A stretch of DNA of 64,000 bases from positions 7,006,001 through 7,070,000 of the forward strand of contig OZ249443.1 of the NCBI GenBank assembly GCA_965235115.1, in the 5' to 3' direction. This DNA comes from Laetmonice hystrix. Taxonomy: Eukaryota. Below, piece by piece: positions 28,436-41,145 of the stretch. The notes beneath the pieces are model-generated. The model saw nothing but the letters and a program-made list of their open reading frames with translations. It did no database searches and had not been told where the DNA came from. The position numbers were made by a program, and so were the translations under genes. The first letter of the stretch is position 1. Each line of letters opens with the position of its first letter.

Positions 28436-31400
28436 CTTAAAATGATTTCCACAATATACCTGATTGATATACAATACATGTACCCTGTACCAGTAAATTA
28501 CAAAATGAAAAACAAAAGTATAGATAAAGTACAAGGCGCCCTACATAGAATGATCATAATTCTCTACCGAAATGAAAACACGATTTTTATAATAAAATTA
28601 GTTTTATTTTCCCTAATCTCTACCGATTTGACTGGAGGCTGTGTGCACATTGTGTCGTACAGAAAGGTTGTACGTTGAATGGTGTGAGCCGACACCTTTC
28701 ATGATGAAGAGTCCTTTGATGTGTTGCTAGCGCCCTCACCTGGACAAACACCCGCCTCGGGTACTCTTACACCACCCTCTGTCACGGAGTGAATCCGGAT
28801 TTAGTCCTCGTCTATCATCAAAGGTACCTCCATCCCACCACATGTATCTACGGACGTCCAACGGCATTGCTTTTAGGTAAGATTATCCTCTTTTGAGATC
28901 AAAGCCGGCCTCTCAGGCTTTACTTAGGATAATTAAGTTAGGAGGTCTTCCATGTTTGAGCCGAGAACTTCCATTTAATTCTGATCAAAATGCTTACCAA
29001 CCCACATGAAAAATTCCGACTTCAACTTCAACGGTTTCAATGTTTCTTTAAATTCAAGACAACTGGCGGTTGGTATCGGGCCACGGATAATCTGCCGAGG
29101 TAGATTTATCTTCTACAGCCATTTTTTCCACAATCTGAAGTCTTTAATTTCTGCATACCAAAAATGATTATTTTTCTCGGCCAGACTGAACTACCATACT
29201 TCCGCTCTCTAACTCCTTACCGTCAGCCAGCATCCATATAAATTGCTGAAGAGACTTTTTTAAAGCGACAGGTGAGAACGCAAGGGAGGCGACTTTACGC
29301 CCTGATGCTGGGAAATGAAAGACAGGTGTGGACGGGCAGAATTCCATTCCTTTCTTTAACCTACTGGAAATCCCACACTATTTTCTTGATCTGGAAAACA
29401 TAAAAGATAAAACATTCCCATGTTTTTCCTGAGGTTTCAGCCCGCTCCCGCTCCCGCACGGACCGTGTTTGATGAGCGTTTAACCCCGGAACTGGGTCCG
29501 GTTTTCTGTAACTTAAGTTCTTGCTGGTGACTTTTCCCCTGGGGACTTTTCGTTCCAATCGCCCACCTGACAAACTAACCCCCTCCCACTGGTGTCTAGG
29601 CGGTCCGATATCAAACAAACACCCCGACTCCTGCCGTTCTACGACTGACACGGTCACCTATTGATGACCATTGTTCGTGTTTGGTGGGATTGTAATCGGA
29701 ATCTGTACTCTTGGTGAACCCACAACTCTCGAGGAGTGTCAATATTCACACAACATGTAACCCGAGGTAATGGTAGATTTATCCGATCTACGACTACGAG
29801 ACAATATGCTGTGAGTTATCACTGTCTATCACTCACATCACGTCCCGTATAGTCTAGCTTAATACAAAATACCATCGCTTGTAATTAAGTACACGATTTC
29901 ATTAATATTTCAGACTTTTTATCTTTTCCATCATCTCACTCTTGATTTTGGATTTAGCAGAAGCACACTATATTGCTACACCCTTGTAATTAATTACTAA
30001 TTTTTGAAGTTGCTAGGCTTGATGCGCTTTTGTCATTAACTGAATGATGACTCGACAAAAAGTAAATATGACATAGCATAGGAAAGACTGCACGTATGTC
30101 GTTTTCGACATAATGCTCAGGCAATGTTCCAGTTGTGTGAAATCACTTTATGTAGCCTGCCAGACACCTGCATGTCGTCTGGGATGCAGGTAGCGTGATG
30201 CAGGTGTCATCCTCAGACAGCTCAATCTAATGCTATCATTACTCCCTACATTAATAAGCCCACCTCATGAAATGACACACTTCGCATCTATTAGAGCCAG
30301 CTCGGAGCGACAGGTTGGCTTTAATCTTCTCTCCTTGAGGCGGGTATAGTCCCAGTAAAAATAAAAATAATGACTGATGGCTTTCTCCTAGAATACATTA
30401 TAAATCACCTGCTGAGATGTGTCTGACGTGTGTGCTTGTATTATCGTCCTCTAGAACGTTAATGGACGTCCACTACAGTAAGCGGATTTATCCTTCACTT
30501 CTCCACAGACAATCATATTGGTTTCATATACTAAGCAAGGCCTACGGTAACCAACGTTAACAGTTCCCGCTTACGGTGTGTTATAGGATTGCCTGGAGAG
30601 CTTTAAGACAACCCGGAGAGGCTGGAAGCTTTGTGCTGAATGCCACTCATGGGCGGATTATAACATAACCTCCTGGCGCTTCATGCGTCCAGACAAACTG
30701 ACGTCAACAGAATGGGGCCTGGCTTGGTAGACTAAACCTACCGGGAACACAGATTCTGCCATTGTTTGTGAACTAAGTCTGCCGGGAACACGGCCATGGT
30801 TAACTAAATCTGCCGGGAATACACTCTGTCTCTGTCAAACCTGCTTCGATCATAAAGCCTGGCACGCCTGGTGTATATCAGTCAACACTTTCCATGGCCT
30901 TAATTTCAAAACGCTTAAAATCTATACTCAAGAAACCACTTTAATATCATATAGTCGTTCTTCGGGTATATGAATAGCACCAGCTAAGGATAAAATTGGT
31001 GCTCACAGGCATTACTAGTTTTTACCAAATTTTTAAAAGTTTTGCGCACCAAGTATGTCAACTGACCTCATTACATGCAGACATGTCAAACACAAAAACG
31101 TTAGAAAAAAGATCTCACGACTTGAGGACGCCACTGTAATATGGGGCTTAAATACATTGTACTGACCTTGAGGTCACCTTTTCGTGTGCTCAGCAATTAT
31201 ACACGATCAAGTTGCCAAGGGTCTAATAAACTTCCTGGTAAAAGCTGTCTCACGGTTTGTAGCTACGTTTTAAAATCTCGCTCCTGTTCATTACTATTAC
31301 AGCTGTGAAGTAGAATTTTCTCTTCTAACTTATGCTTCAAACAATGTTCAATAACTGTTATGTCTGATGGCACTTTATCTATGCAATACACGACCCATTA

Positions 31401-31678
31401 CAACTTTCACCGGTTGGGTGAGTACTAATGGACCTCTGCCTATAGTCACCACAGTAGGGCACCCCCCCCCCCCTCCCTCATACGAACACTTATATCAAAA
31501 CTCCATTAATATTCAAAAAGTCACCGAGCACGTATCGATAGATATGGGTATGGGTCCTTTAGGACTGTAGATGTTGGCCCAATCTCATGGGTACAGTTTA
31601 TGTAACCCCACAGGGGCCTATACAACAGCACCCCGAGTACTCAGTACGAATACATTATCAACACTTCTGGGATACTAA

Positions 31679-33830
31679 ATGATTTTCATATACCTCTGTG
31701 GTCTCAAAGTACAGGGCGCAATGACTTTCATATACCTCTGTGGCCTCAAAGTACAGGGCGCAATGACTTTCATATACCTCTGTGGCCTCAAAGTACAGGG
31801 CGCAGTGACTTTCATATACCTCTGTGGCCTCAAAGTACAGGGCGCAGTGACTTTCATATACCTCTGTGGCCTCAAAGTACAGGGCGCAGTGACTTATACC
31901 TCTGTGGCCTCAAAGTACAGGGCGCAGTGACTTTCATATACCTCTGTGGCCTCAAAGTACAGGGCGCAATGACTTTCATATACCTCGGTGGCCTCAAAGT
32001 ACAGGGCGCAGTGACTTTCATATACCTCTGTGGCCTCAAAGTACAGGGCGCAGTGACTTATACCTCTGTGGCCTCAAAGTACAGGGCGCAGTGACTTTCA
32101 TATACCTCGGAGGCCTCAAAGTACAGGGCGCAATGACTTTCATATACCTCGGTGGCCTCAAAGTACAGGGCGCAGTGACTTTCATATACCTCTGTGGCCT
32201 CAAAGTACAGGGCGCAATGACTTTCATATACCTCTGTGGCCTCAAAGTACAGGGCACAATGACTTTCATATACCTCTGTGGCCTCAAAGTACAGGGCGCA
32301 ATGACTTTCATATACCTCTGTGGCCTCAAAGTACAGGGCGCAATGACTTTCATATACCTCGGTGGCCTCAAAGTACAGGGCGCAGTGACTTTCATATACC
32401 TCTGTGGCCTCAAAGTACAGGGCGCAGTGACTTTCATATACCTCGGTGGCCTCAAAGTACAGGGCGCAGTGACTTTCATATACCTCGGTGGCCTCAAAGT
32501 ACAGGGCGCAGTGACTTTCATATACCTCTGTGGCCTCAAAGTACAGGGCGCAGTGACTTATACCTCTGTGGCCTCAAAGTACAGGGCGCAGTGACTTTCA
32601 TATACCTCTGTGGCCTCAAAGTACAGGGCGCAATGACTTTCATATACCTCTGTGGCCTCAAAGTACAGGGCGCAATGACTTTCATATACCTCTGTGGCCT
32701 CAAAGTACAGGGCGCAGTGACTTTCATATACCTCTGTGGCCTCAAAGTACAGGGCGCAGTGACTTTCATATACCTCTGTGGCCTCAAAGTACAGGGCGCA
32801 GTGACTTATACCTCTGTGGCCTCAAAGTACAGGGCGCAGTGACTTTCATATACCTCTGTGGCCTCAAAGTACAGGGCGCAATGACTTTCATATACCTCGG
32901 TGGCCTCAAAGTACAGGGCGCAGTGACTTTCATATACCTCTGTGGCCTCAAAGTACAGGGCGCAGTGACTTATACCTCTGTGGCCTCAAAGTACAGGGCG
33001 CAGTGACTTTCATATACCTCGGAGGCCTCAAAGTACAGGGCGCAATGACTTTCATATACCTCGGTGGCCTCAAAGTACAGGGCGCAGTGACTTTCATATA
33101 CCTCTGTGGCCTCAAAGTACAGGGCGCAATGACTTTCATATACCTCTGTGGCCTCAAAGTACAGGGCACAATGACTTTCATATACCTCTGTGGCCTCAAA
33201 GTACAGGGCGCAATGACTTTCATATACCTCTGTGGCCTCAAAGTACAGGGCGCAATGACTTTCATATACCTCGGTGGCCTCAAAGTACAGGGCGCAGTGA
33301 CTTTCATATACCTCTGTGGCCTCAAAGTACAGGGCGCAGTGACTTTCATATACCTCGGTGGCCTCAAAGTACAGGGCGCAGTGACTTTCATATACCTCGG
33401 TGGCCTCAAAGTACAGGGCGCAGTGACTTTCATATACCTCTGTGGCCTCAAAGTACAGGGCGCAGTGACTTATACCTCTGTGGCCTCAAAGTACAGGGCG
33501 CAGTGACTTTCATATACCTCTGTGGCCTCAAAGTACAGGGCGCAATGACTTTCATATACCTCTGTGGCCTCAAAGTACAGGGCGCATGACTTCATATACC
33601 TCGGTGGCCTCAAAGTACAGGGCGCAATGACTTTCATATACCTCTGTGGCCTCAAAGTACAGGGCGCAATAACTTTCATATACCTCTGTGGCCTCAAAGT
33701 ACAGGGCGCAGTGACTTTCATATACCTCGGTGGCCTCAAAGTACAGGGCGCAGTGACTTTCATATACCTCTGTGGCCTCAAAGTACAGGGCGCAGTGACT
33801 TTCATATACCTCGGTGGCCTCAAAGTACAG
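31679..33830. repeat. Minisatellite, 42-bp unit (RTGACTTTCATATACCTCTGTGGCCTCAAAGTACAGGGCGCA) with 38-bp deletion units, ~52 units, 912-bp higher-order repeat
   Basis: 38-bp units at 31889, 32053, 32553 recur at 32801, 32965, 33465 (each +912 = 19x42 + 3x38). Frameshifting units argue against coding. Confidence 0.97.
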
Positions 33831-35945
33831 TATCTACTATATCTGATCTTATATCAATATCTGGTACATTCTGGTACCGACGTATTATCATGCTCCGATG
33901 CCTTCACTTTACATGCGTATGTCTCCATTATCTTAATTATATCGACAACGGCAGCTCCTCCTCGCAATCTTTATCTAGTACATATTTTGGGCAATAACTC
34001 AGTACTGTAAACCCCACCCTCTGGATTCTGACGTGCCCCTTAAGACTTCCAGGCTAGTTTTAGTTCGTTGCTGGCACAGGAGAGCAGAAAATGTGGCAGC
34101 GCAGGATTTTCTTTTTGTGCGAGGTGGGGGGGGGGGGTTATCTCCTTGTAATCAGTGCCATTTAACTTGATAACCAAACCCGCCTGACAGCGCCCATTCA
34201 TGCTACCAATATCAAACACTTGTCGGCAGGTTTTGAACGCAGCAGTCCAACAGCTACACTTGACCTTGAGGAGAAAGGTCATCCGCCCAGGGACTCCAAA
34301 CTGCCACGTTCAGTAGACAGGACCAACACGGACACAAGGAGTACTTTGTATTCATGACATACACCCGCATCCATACGTTTTATTCAATGTAAGCCAGCGG
34401 AAACACTCCGACACTTATACAGAGTAAATATGCTCACCTGTCAACACCTGGTCGAGGCCTACTACCAGCGGATCCTACTCCAGGTATACCTTTCTATTGT
34501 TCTTTGTTCACAAAAAGATACTGTCAGCAAAATACTCTATTTACCAGGAAACATAAATCTATAATATCCATGAAACTATTTGTGCATGTCAAACTATATT
34601 CGCCCTTGCCAAGCCGGTCCGGATGGACCCAGACAGATTTAACAGTACTTTCTTAAACTGCCTTCAAGTTCGCGGTAAATTACCAAATATACCGACAAAT
34701 ATACCGACAGAATGCCTCCAATGTATTTTTCTAAATAACTTTGATGAGATAATAAAGCGAGTAATGCAGTCTCAGTATGTTATCTAAGATAATATCTTCC
34801 TTTCAAGTCTACCACACGTAGACGTTATACGTTTGTTATAGCCGTATTAAAGAGTTCCGATAAAAGCCCAGCCTGTCAGCATAGGCTGGCTCTCAATGAT
34901 AAAGTATCCCTCATTCAAATTGTCTCAACCAGTGCCAAAGCTATTAAAGCGGGCGTCATACGCCAATATTTACAGGTGCCTTAATGCCACACCATCATCC
35001 GTCCATCAGACTGACTCCGAGAATGGTAGACAACGCTGCATCCTCGCGATATGGACCAAACTGGCATTGATTCCCAAACCGGTAAATTTTTGTAACGCCG
35101 ACATTTACAACACCTTCCAGACAGAATTCAATACAGGGGGCCTGAAGAACCTCAGCCCCTCCACGGCATCCCCAATCTACTGTGGCGCTCTTACTTACAG
35201 CTACTGCTTAGCCTTGCAGCCATCTGTAATAACAATAGTATGAACACTGTATTGTCCGCACTTCCCACTCTGCCGAGTCAGAGGGCCTCATTGCATGGGA
35301 ATGGCTATATTGCCATTCCCATCGCTTGGCGAAACGCCTGCAGACTTCACAGTGAAGCGCAATCTTCCTGAATATCCAACAAGTTTCATATGTCATTCAT
35401 AAAGTACTGGTAGTACATGGAGATACGACCTGTTAATTCATCAGAGCTCGGTAATAGGAAACTACAGTCTATAACGCTTAGGTTGAACGTATTCCGACGA
35501 TCCAACTCGGCCAGTATCCTTTAAGTACCTTACTCGCCGTAACGGCATTATAGATTCAATCAACGGGTAATATCATTTAACGACATAACGATGATAAGGT
35601 ATGCATTATATCCCATAAACCTAAATGCTTGGATACACTGACAGTCAGCAGAGTGATCGACCCAAAAAACTCCATCCCATAAACCGTAGCTCATGGACGC
35701 CTTGATTGAAATCTAAACAATGTCTGTGTCCCTCTGCCTACAGGCAGCTCATACAGCCAAAACTAACATAGCATACATCTTGGCAATCTTATTCAGCACA
35801 TACATCATGTCGATAATTCATACGTCAATTTTTATATTCTAGAGGATAATGTAAACACATTGTCTTATACATGCGCAGTGATACATGATCACAAATATCC
35901 CTTCAAAGGAGGTCGTGCAAGGTCCTTCATAATTATACTTCTTAC

Positions 35946-36060
35946 AATTTCTTAGAATGGAAGGAGTGGGACGAGACACCGTATAGACTGACATCTTCTT
36001 GGAATTTCTTATCGTGGAAGGAGTGGGAAGAGACACGGTATAAGCTTTAGACTGACATCT
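35946..36060. repeat. Imperfect two-copy ~57-bp tandem duplication (AATTTCTTA...TGGAAGGAGTGGGA.GAGACAC.GTATA...GACTGACATCT)
   Basis: Copies start at 35946 and 36003. Confidence 0.8.
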
Positions 36061-39000
36061 ATCTACCTGTAGATATGGGTGATTATGTCCATCTTCCTCC
36101 CTCCCCCTCCCCCTCCCTCCCTTGACGGCCGCCTTGATTGATATCTGTGTGTGGGTACAGACAGATATGACGGCCCAGCTGACCCCGGCGTGCGGTCACA
36201 GAAAGAGATCAGACCTTTCCCCAGGGATCAATGCTGCCATGGTGGGAGGATCCAACTCCCTCGATCCTCGTTTGACGCAGTTAACTCTACATCTCTGCAC
36301 ACGCGATTAGAATATGTCCCGACTCGGGCGGTCCGGGTAAAGATAGTTTTGATATCTCTGAAATACTCGAGGCGGCGATCGTGTTTGGTATGCAGACGAG
36401 GAGGCGACACCCCCCCCCCCCTCCCTCACCACCACCGGTCACGTTGGTCATCGAGTTCACGTGCACAGTTAACGATTGAGCTGGACCGACTACCACTCCA
36501 TTGGGAGAATACGAACCGATGATTAACACAGTCCATGCTGCCACAGTCACCGACCAGAACATGCCAACATCTTACCCGCTCGAAAAGGGTGCGACAACAA
36601 CTTACCCCAAGAACAATAACACCACCCTACCCCAAAAAGTCACCCCTTTCTCTGGAGGAGTGGACTATGTGAAGCAATGACCGACTTTACCCGTGTCTCT
36701 GCCTAGGATGGCAGAACGGACTAATATCGCCATGGGTGTCGAACCGTAGGGGATGGGGAATGCCCTCCCAGAGTTTTGTAGGGGCGTGGGGGTGGAGCTA
36801 CATCAACGAATGACTACGAGGCATTTAAAGTTTTGAAGAGCCGAAAAAAATCAACGTTGAATCAAATATATATATCGGGCACTATTATTGGGAAAACAAA
36901 CATGAAAATTCACTGGATTGAAATGTATAAAAGATGCCACTCTATTTTCTGACCTTTGCCAAACTGTCTTTGCAATCCCTACAAACATAAATGTACACGA
37001 CCGCCCCCTCCCCATCAACAACCACAAAATTCCTTGTGCCGTTGTAAGTTTACGAAGCACGTGTTGCTCTTCTAGCGGTGGTCCCGGTGGCCAGTAGTAC
37101 GATCTGTTTTCACACACCCCTGGCCATCAAGCGGTACACCCACCAGCTAATCTCTCCTGTTTGTAGGCAAAGCATCCGTCCCGATCACCGCCAGAAAAAT
37201 CGCCATGTTCATTCCAGACCTCACCTACATCCTCAACCTCCATCCGACATGGTTCTGTTTACCGTGTCAACACGTGAACGAAAACGGTATGGTTGGTGCA
37301 AACACAGCGGCCGGGTCAGCCAACCTCCTGGACATGCTGTCCAACCAGTCCCCTCGTACACCGGAGATCTGACATCAATCAATTACATGCCGAATACAAT
37401 CAGTCAACAAAAGTCGTCTTAATCTGTCCACGACATCCTGACAAGACTTTTCAAACAGCCACGCTGCACTCAGTCGGGAAGAGCTCTTTCTCAGGTTACT
37501 TACTCCACAAACGGAAGTCAGGACATAAATAGACTGGATAATGCAGACACACTGAATGCAATAAGCAGACTATCTCCTTACGTATAGCTTACCATAACGA
37601 CTATCACGGCTGACTTGCTGTATTACTCTATCCCTGACCACCACTCCCTCCCCTCCCCTCCCCTCCCCTCCAAATAATTCCACTTCAACAACAGCAGCGC
37701 TGAATATCGTATTTCATAATGTACGATGCTCATAAGTGAAACCGCCACTCTGGCTGGTTCAGATTATGTTTAGCCATTGTTACTGTACGGTATGCTAAAT
37801 AATGCAACGTTCATCCATCTCCCACCTTCAGATCAATAATTACAACTGCTCAGAATTCACACAATGGTTCAGTTACTATTTATTAAACCCGTTAAATGTA
37901 GCCAAACATGAATTGTCGATATGCGTAACTAGTCCCTAGATGTGCAGCCTCACCAAACCCTTCCACCATCAAGGATTTCCCCTGCTGATACACTTCCACT
38001 GTCAATTCGCGGCTGATTGGACCCTTTCATTAATCCCATCCGTACAATCAATTCTTCCTGGGACTCATCGATATGCGAGTCCCAGGGAATACAGAACAAT
38101 TGTTGCTGTGAGTTTCAGGTGTTCATTATTCAATGGCTCACCTGTGTCTGCGTCCATGTGACCGACACTCACTTTCTGAACGAAAACCAACCAGGAATAT
38201 CACCGACATCAATGATTGATAGCCTTCTTATCGATTGACTGGAGAAATCAATGACTTAATTCTGACAATGAAAGGAGAAGGGGTCGGCCACGTGACCAAC
38301 CTGTGGTTAGCAGGTGGCATAATTACTGACCTTATGGTCCCAGAATATTCCCCTCTAATTAAAGGTCCCCATCTAGCATTCCATCGATTAGGCAGACCTG
38401 TAAAAGCACTCAACACTGGAAACTTTTACCACTATAATTGTACACCAGATTGCCAGCCGAACATGAGCATTCTATAAGAAACCAGCTTCCAGTGAGGTCT
38501 GTATCACGTGGAAAGGCTCAAGTGTCGTTGAATTTCCACCCAGCCGACACAGCAAGATCTTGTCGTCAACCTGAAGATGTCGCACGCCGACAGGGTATAA
38601 AACAACCAACACTCCCTGAAAGTGTTTCCCTACCAGTCTGTTCGAGCTGGCGTCCATTGGTGGCCGTGGGACAAAGGAGCTGTAGCAGCAGTTTCAAAGG
38701 AAACCACTGAGGACATTGCCCACCAGACCACTAGAGGCATCCCTCATGGTTCGCTTTCAAGTTTAAGATGCCTTGGCTTGGTAGAATCTCGTCCTGGGCC
38801 TGAGCCACATGAAAGAAACCCTTGAAGTTTTCCAGCATCTACACACAGCCTGCTTCACGCAGCATTCGTTAAATTAAAAGTCTTCTTCCCTCACTCGCCT
38901 TATCTTCAATCGATTGAGCACTGGAGGACCTTAGACTTTCGAGCAAGAGTCCGGGGAGCCATGGGGGGGGGGGGGTGTTTGAAGGTGCCCCCTCTACAAT

Positions 39001-40625
39001 CGGCGACCAGACGAACTGCTGACCCTTCCACCGAGGTTATGGCGTCCCTGACCCGGCCGGTAACCCCTGGAAACCTGGCGGCCGTCACACAAACCGTTCA
39101 AACGGCTTTCATCGTCCCCCACCACTCCCACTTGGTCCCCAGTGGTTTTCTCATCCACACGGCCTAACTCTCAGGGAACTCATCAGACCATTTCGTGGCC
39201 CTCTACCCTGCATACATATATCATAGCCAATAAAAAAAACTACATTCGATCCTGTCTGACGAGAGGGTCGCCCGTTCGCCAGCAATCTATCTAGTTTGGT
39301 CGCCCAGCAAACCTTCTGGGACCGGCGAGTAACCAACCGACATCAACCTCGGTTTGCTGGTCTAGTGTCTAGTGACTCTAGACGATCTGTGTCAATGCTA
39401 TCGGGGCAGGAGGTTAACCCTATTTCTGGGTATTTATATGATTTCCCACGAGATTACGACCAAAATTAGCTTTCTTGTTGTGGCAGGGTTCAACATGTTA
39501 TTATGTGAACAGATGATTTCATTACGAGTACTGAATGAAGTATTGTGTAAGTAAAGGTTAAAGTGAATGCTAGGCCATTCCTCCTCACATTCAGTGATAG
39601 TACAAACACATCATGCACGTTTAGCCCCTCGTTTACCCTAAGGACTCCCTGGCTGTCAAAATGTTTAACCTCTCTTTACCTGTCTTATAAATTCTCATAT
39701 TAGATGATCTACGCCTTCTAGATCTGACTGATCTGACTGTATTACGACATATTTTAAACTCATTAGCACAGGTAAGATTGTGTTTCCTAGAATCCAGCAT
39801 TGTGGAGGTTTGGAGTATTGGGCAAGAAACGATTCGTACTTTTAATCTATCATCATAAATATGCATAACAAATACATAAAAGTTATCAAAGCCAGAAGGG
39901 CCGAATTTCATCACTACATTTGGTCATACAATACCGTAACAATGTTTGTTACCGATCAATAAATACAATAAGTACAATAAATCTTACGGAACATCTTGAT
40001 AATACAATATACACTTAAAATCTATCAAGACATCAAGATATAACAGGCTGAAAGAGATACAGACACACAAAGAGCCATGACTCTCCTCGTACATTCAACA
40101 ATACACAACTCTTGTCAGTGAGCCTGAAAATCAAGACAGAAAACCAGTACCACGGATTATAAAATATCATTGTATATTCTACGGATTGTCACCTTGTACA
40201 CATTCAACGATACGGATCTTCCTGTGAGGTCGACTTGATGGGAGACACTGACATAATTATAGAAACCATGATCAGTCGTATTACCGCGTACAGTAGCAGA
40301 ATATACGTCAGTGGGGCTATATAGAGTTATATCAAATTAGACAAAAACATCTCAGTATTCAAACATGAAGGTGTATTGCAGGAAGCAGCACCACTGAAAG
40401 CCAATTCGTATGAAGAACAGTTCAATGTTACAAGGAGGACCTATGGATGAAGGATATGGCTATCAGAATGCCTGGTTGAGTGGCAGAGGTGTGTTGTACG
40501 AGGAACAGGTCGTGGGAACAGTAACGGATGACACTATCTACCAGAGGTTTGACTACTAATATGTTATGAGATCAAACAGGTCTAGGCCAGTCTTAGCATT
40601 GACATAACACAGAGAGCGTGTATGT

Positions 40626-40657
40626 TTATAATATGTATGTAAGTAACCAAGCATCAC
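40626..40657 (-). CDS. Candidate short (alternative) terminal coding exon, GDAWLLTYIL*
   Basis: Acceptor ggttttacag|GT 235 nt past the phase-1 donor of the RD-rich exon; stop reached after 10 codons. No transcript support. Confidence 0.3.
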
Positions 40658-40892
40658 CTGTAAAACCATGGCGACTTGAGACAGGTGAGGTGAAACACAG
40701 CAGTCATGGAGGCAAGTCAAAGGAGGGAAACGGGGGGAATGGACAGGATGTTAAAATGTAGTGTTTGTGACGGGTCAGAGGTCAAGGGAAGTTTTAAAAA
40801 GTAGGTCACAGATACGGACAGAGATAGAGAGCGAGAGAGAGAGAAGAAGAAGAAACAAACATGGTGGCAAGAGCTATAGGTAGTTTGCATAC

Positions 40893-41145
40893 CTTGGTAG
40901 TCTGTTTGGTTATCATCTCGCTTCGAGTCTCTGCGATCATGGGAGTAGCGCGACCGACTGTCACGACCGTCACGACTGTCGCGGCTGTCACGAGAGTCGT
41001 GACGTAGCCGGTCATCACTTGGTCCACGCCGGTCTGAACGCCCCCTAGCGGGCTGTCTGGTTTGCCGATTATGCGGCTGATTGCCATAGGAGTGAGGGCC
41101 ACGGTGCGGCGCATTCCCATGGGTTCCTGGTCTACCAAGCAAACC
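40893..41145 (-). CDS. Internal coding exon of the low-complexity nuclear RNA-binding-type protein: GLLGRPGTHG...RGRSDRRGPSDDRLRHDSRDSRDSRDGRDSRSRYSHDRRDSKRDDNQTDYQ
   Basis: Acceptor ttgtctttctcttgccatggcag|GGT (phase 0, matches the upstream donor); donor CAAG|GTATGC (phase 1); 253 nt open; RD/RS composition; shares the GLLG motif with the upstream exon. Confidence 0.78.

Noticed and set aside
29000-29260. MULE transposase-like fragment (GREKIIIFG)
   Set aside because: Single weak motif; the DGTF catalytic motif is absent.
31675-34010. MTFIYLCGLKVQGA-repeat ORFs
   Set aside because: Repeatedly broken by 38-bp frameshifting units; minisatellite artefact.
35208-35396. LHCEVCRRF...H ORF as the missing zinc-finger exon
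   Set aside because: Needs phase 2 whereas the upstream donor is phase 1; weak pyrimidine tract; second His spacing does not fit C2H2; overlaps a DNA hairpin.
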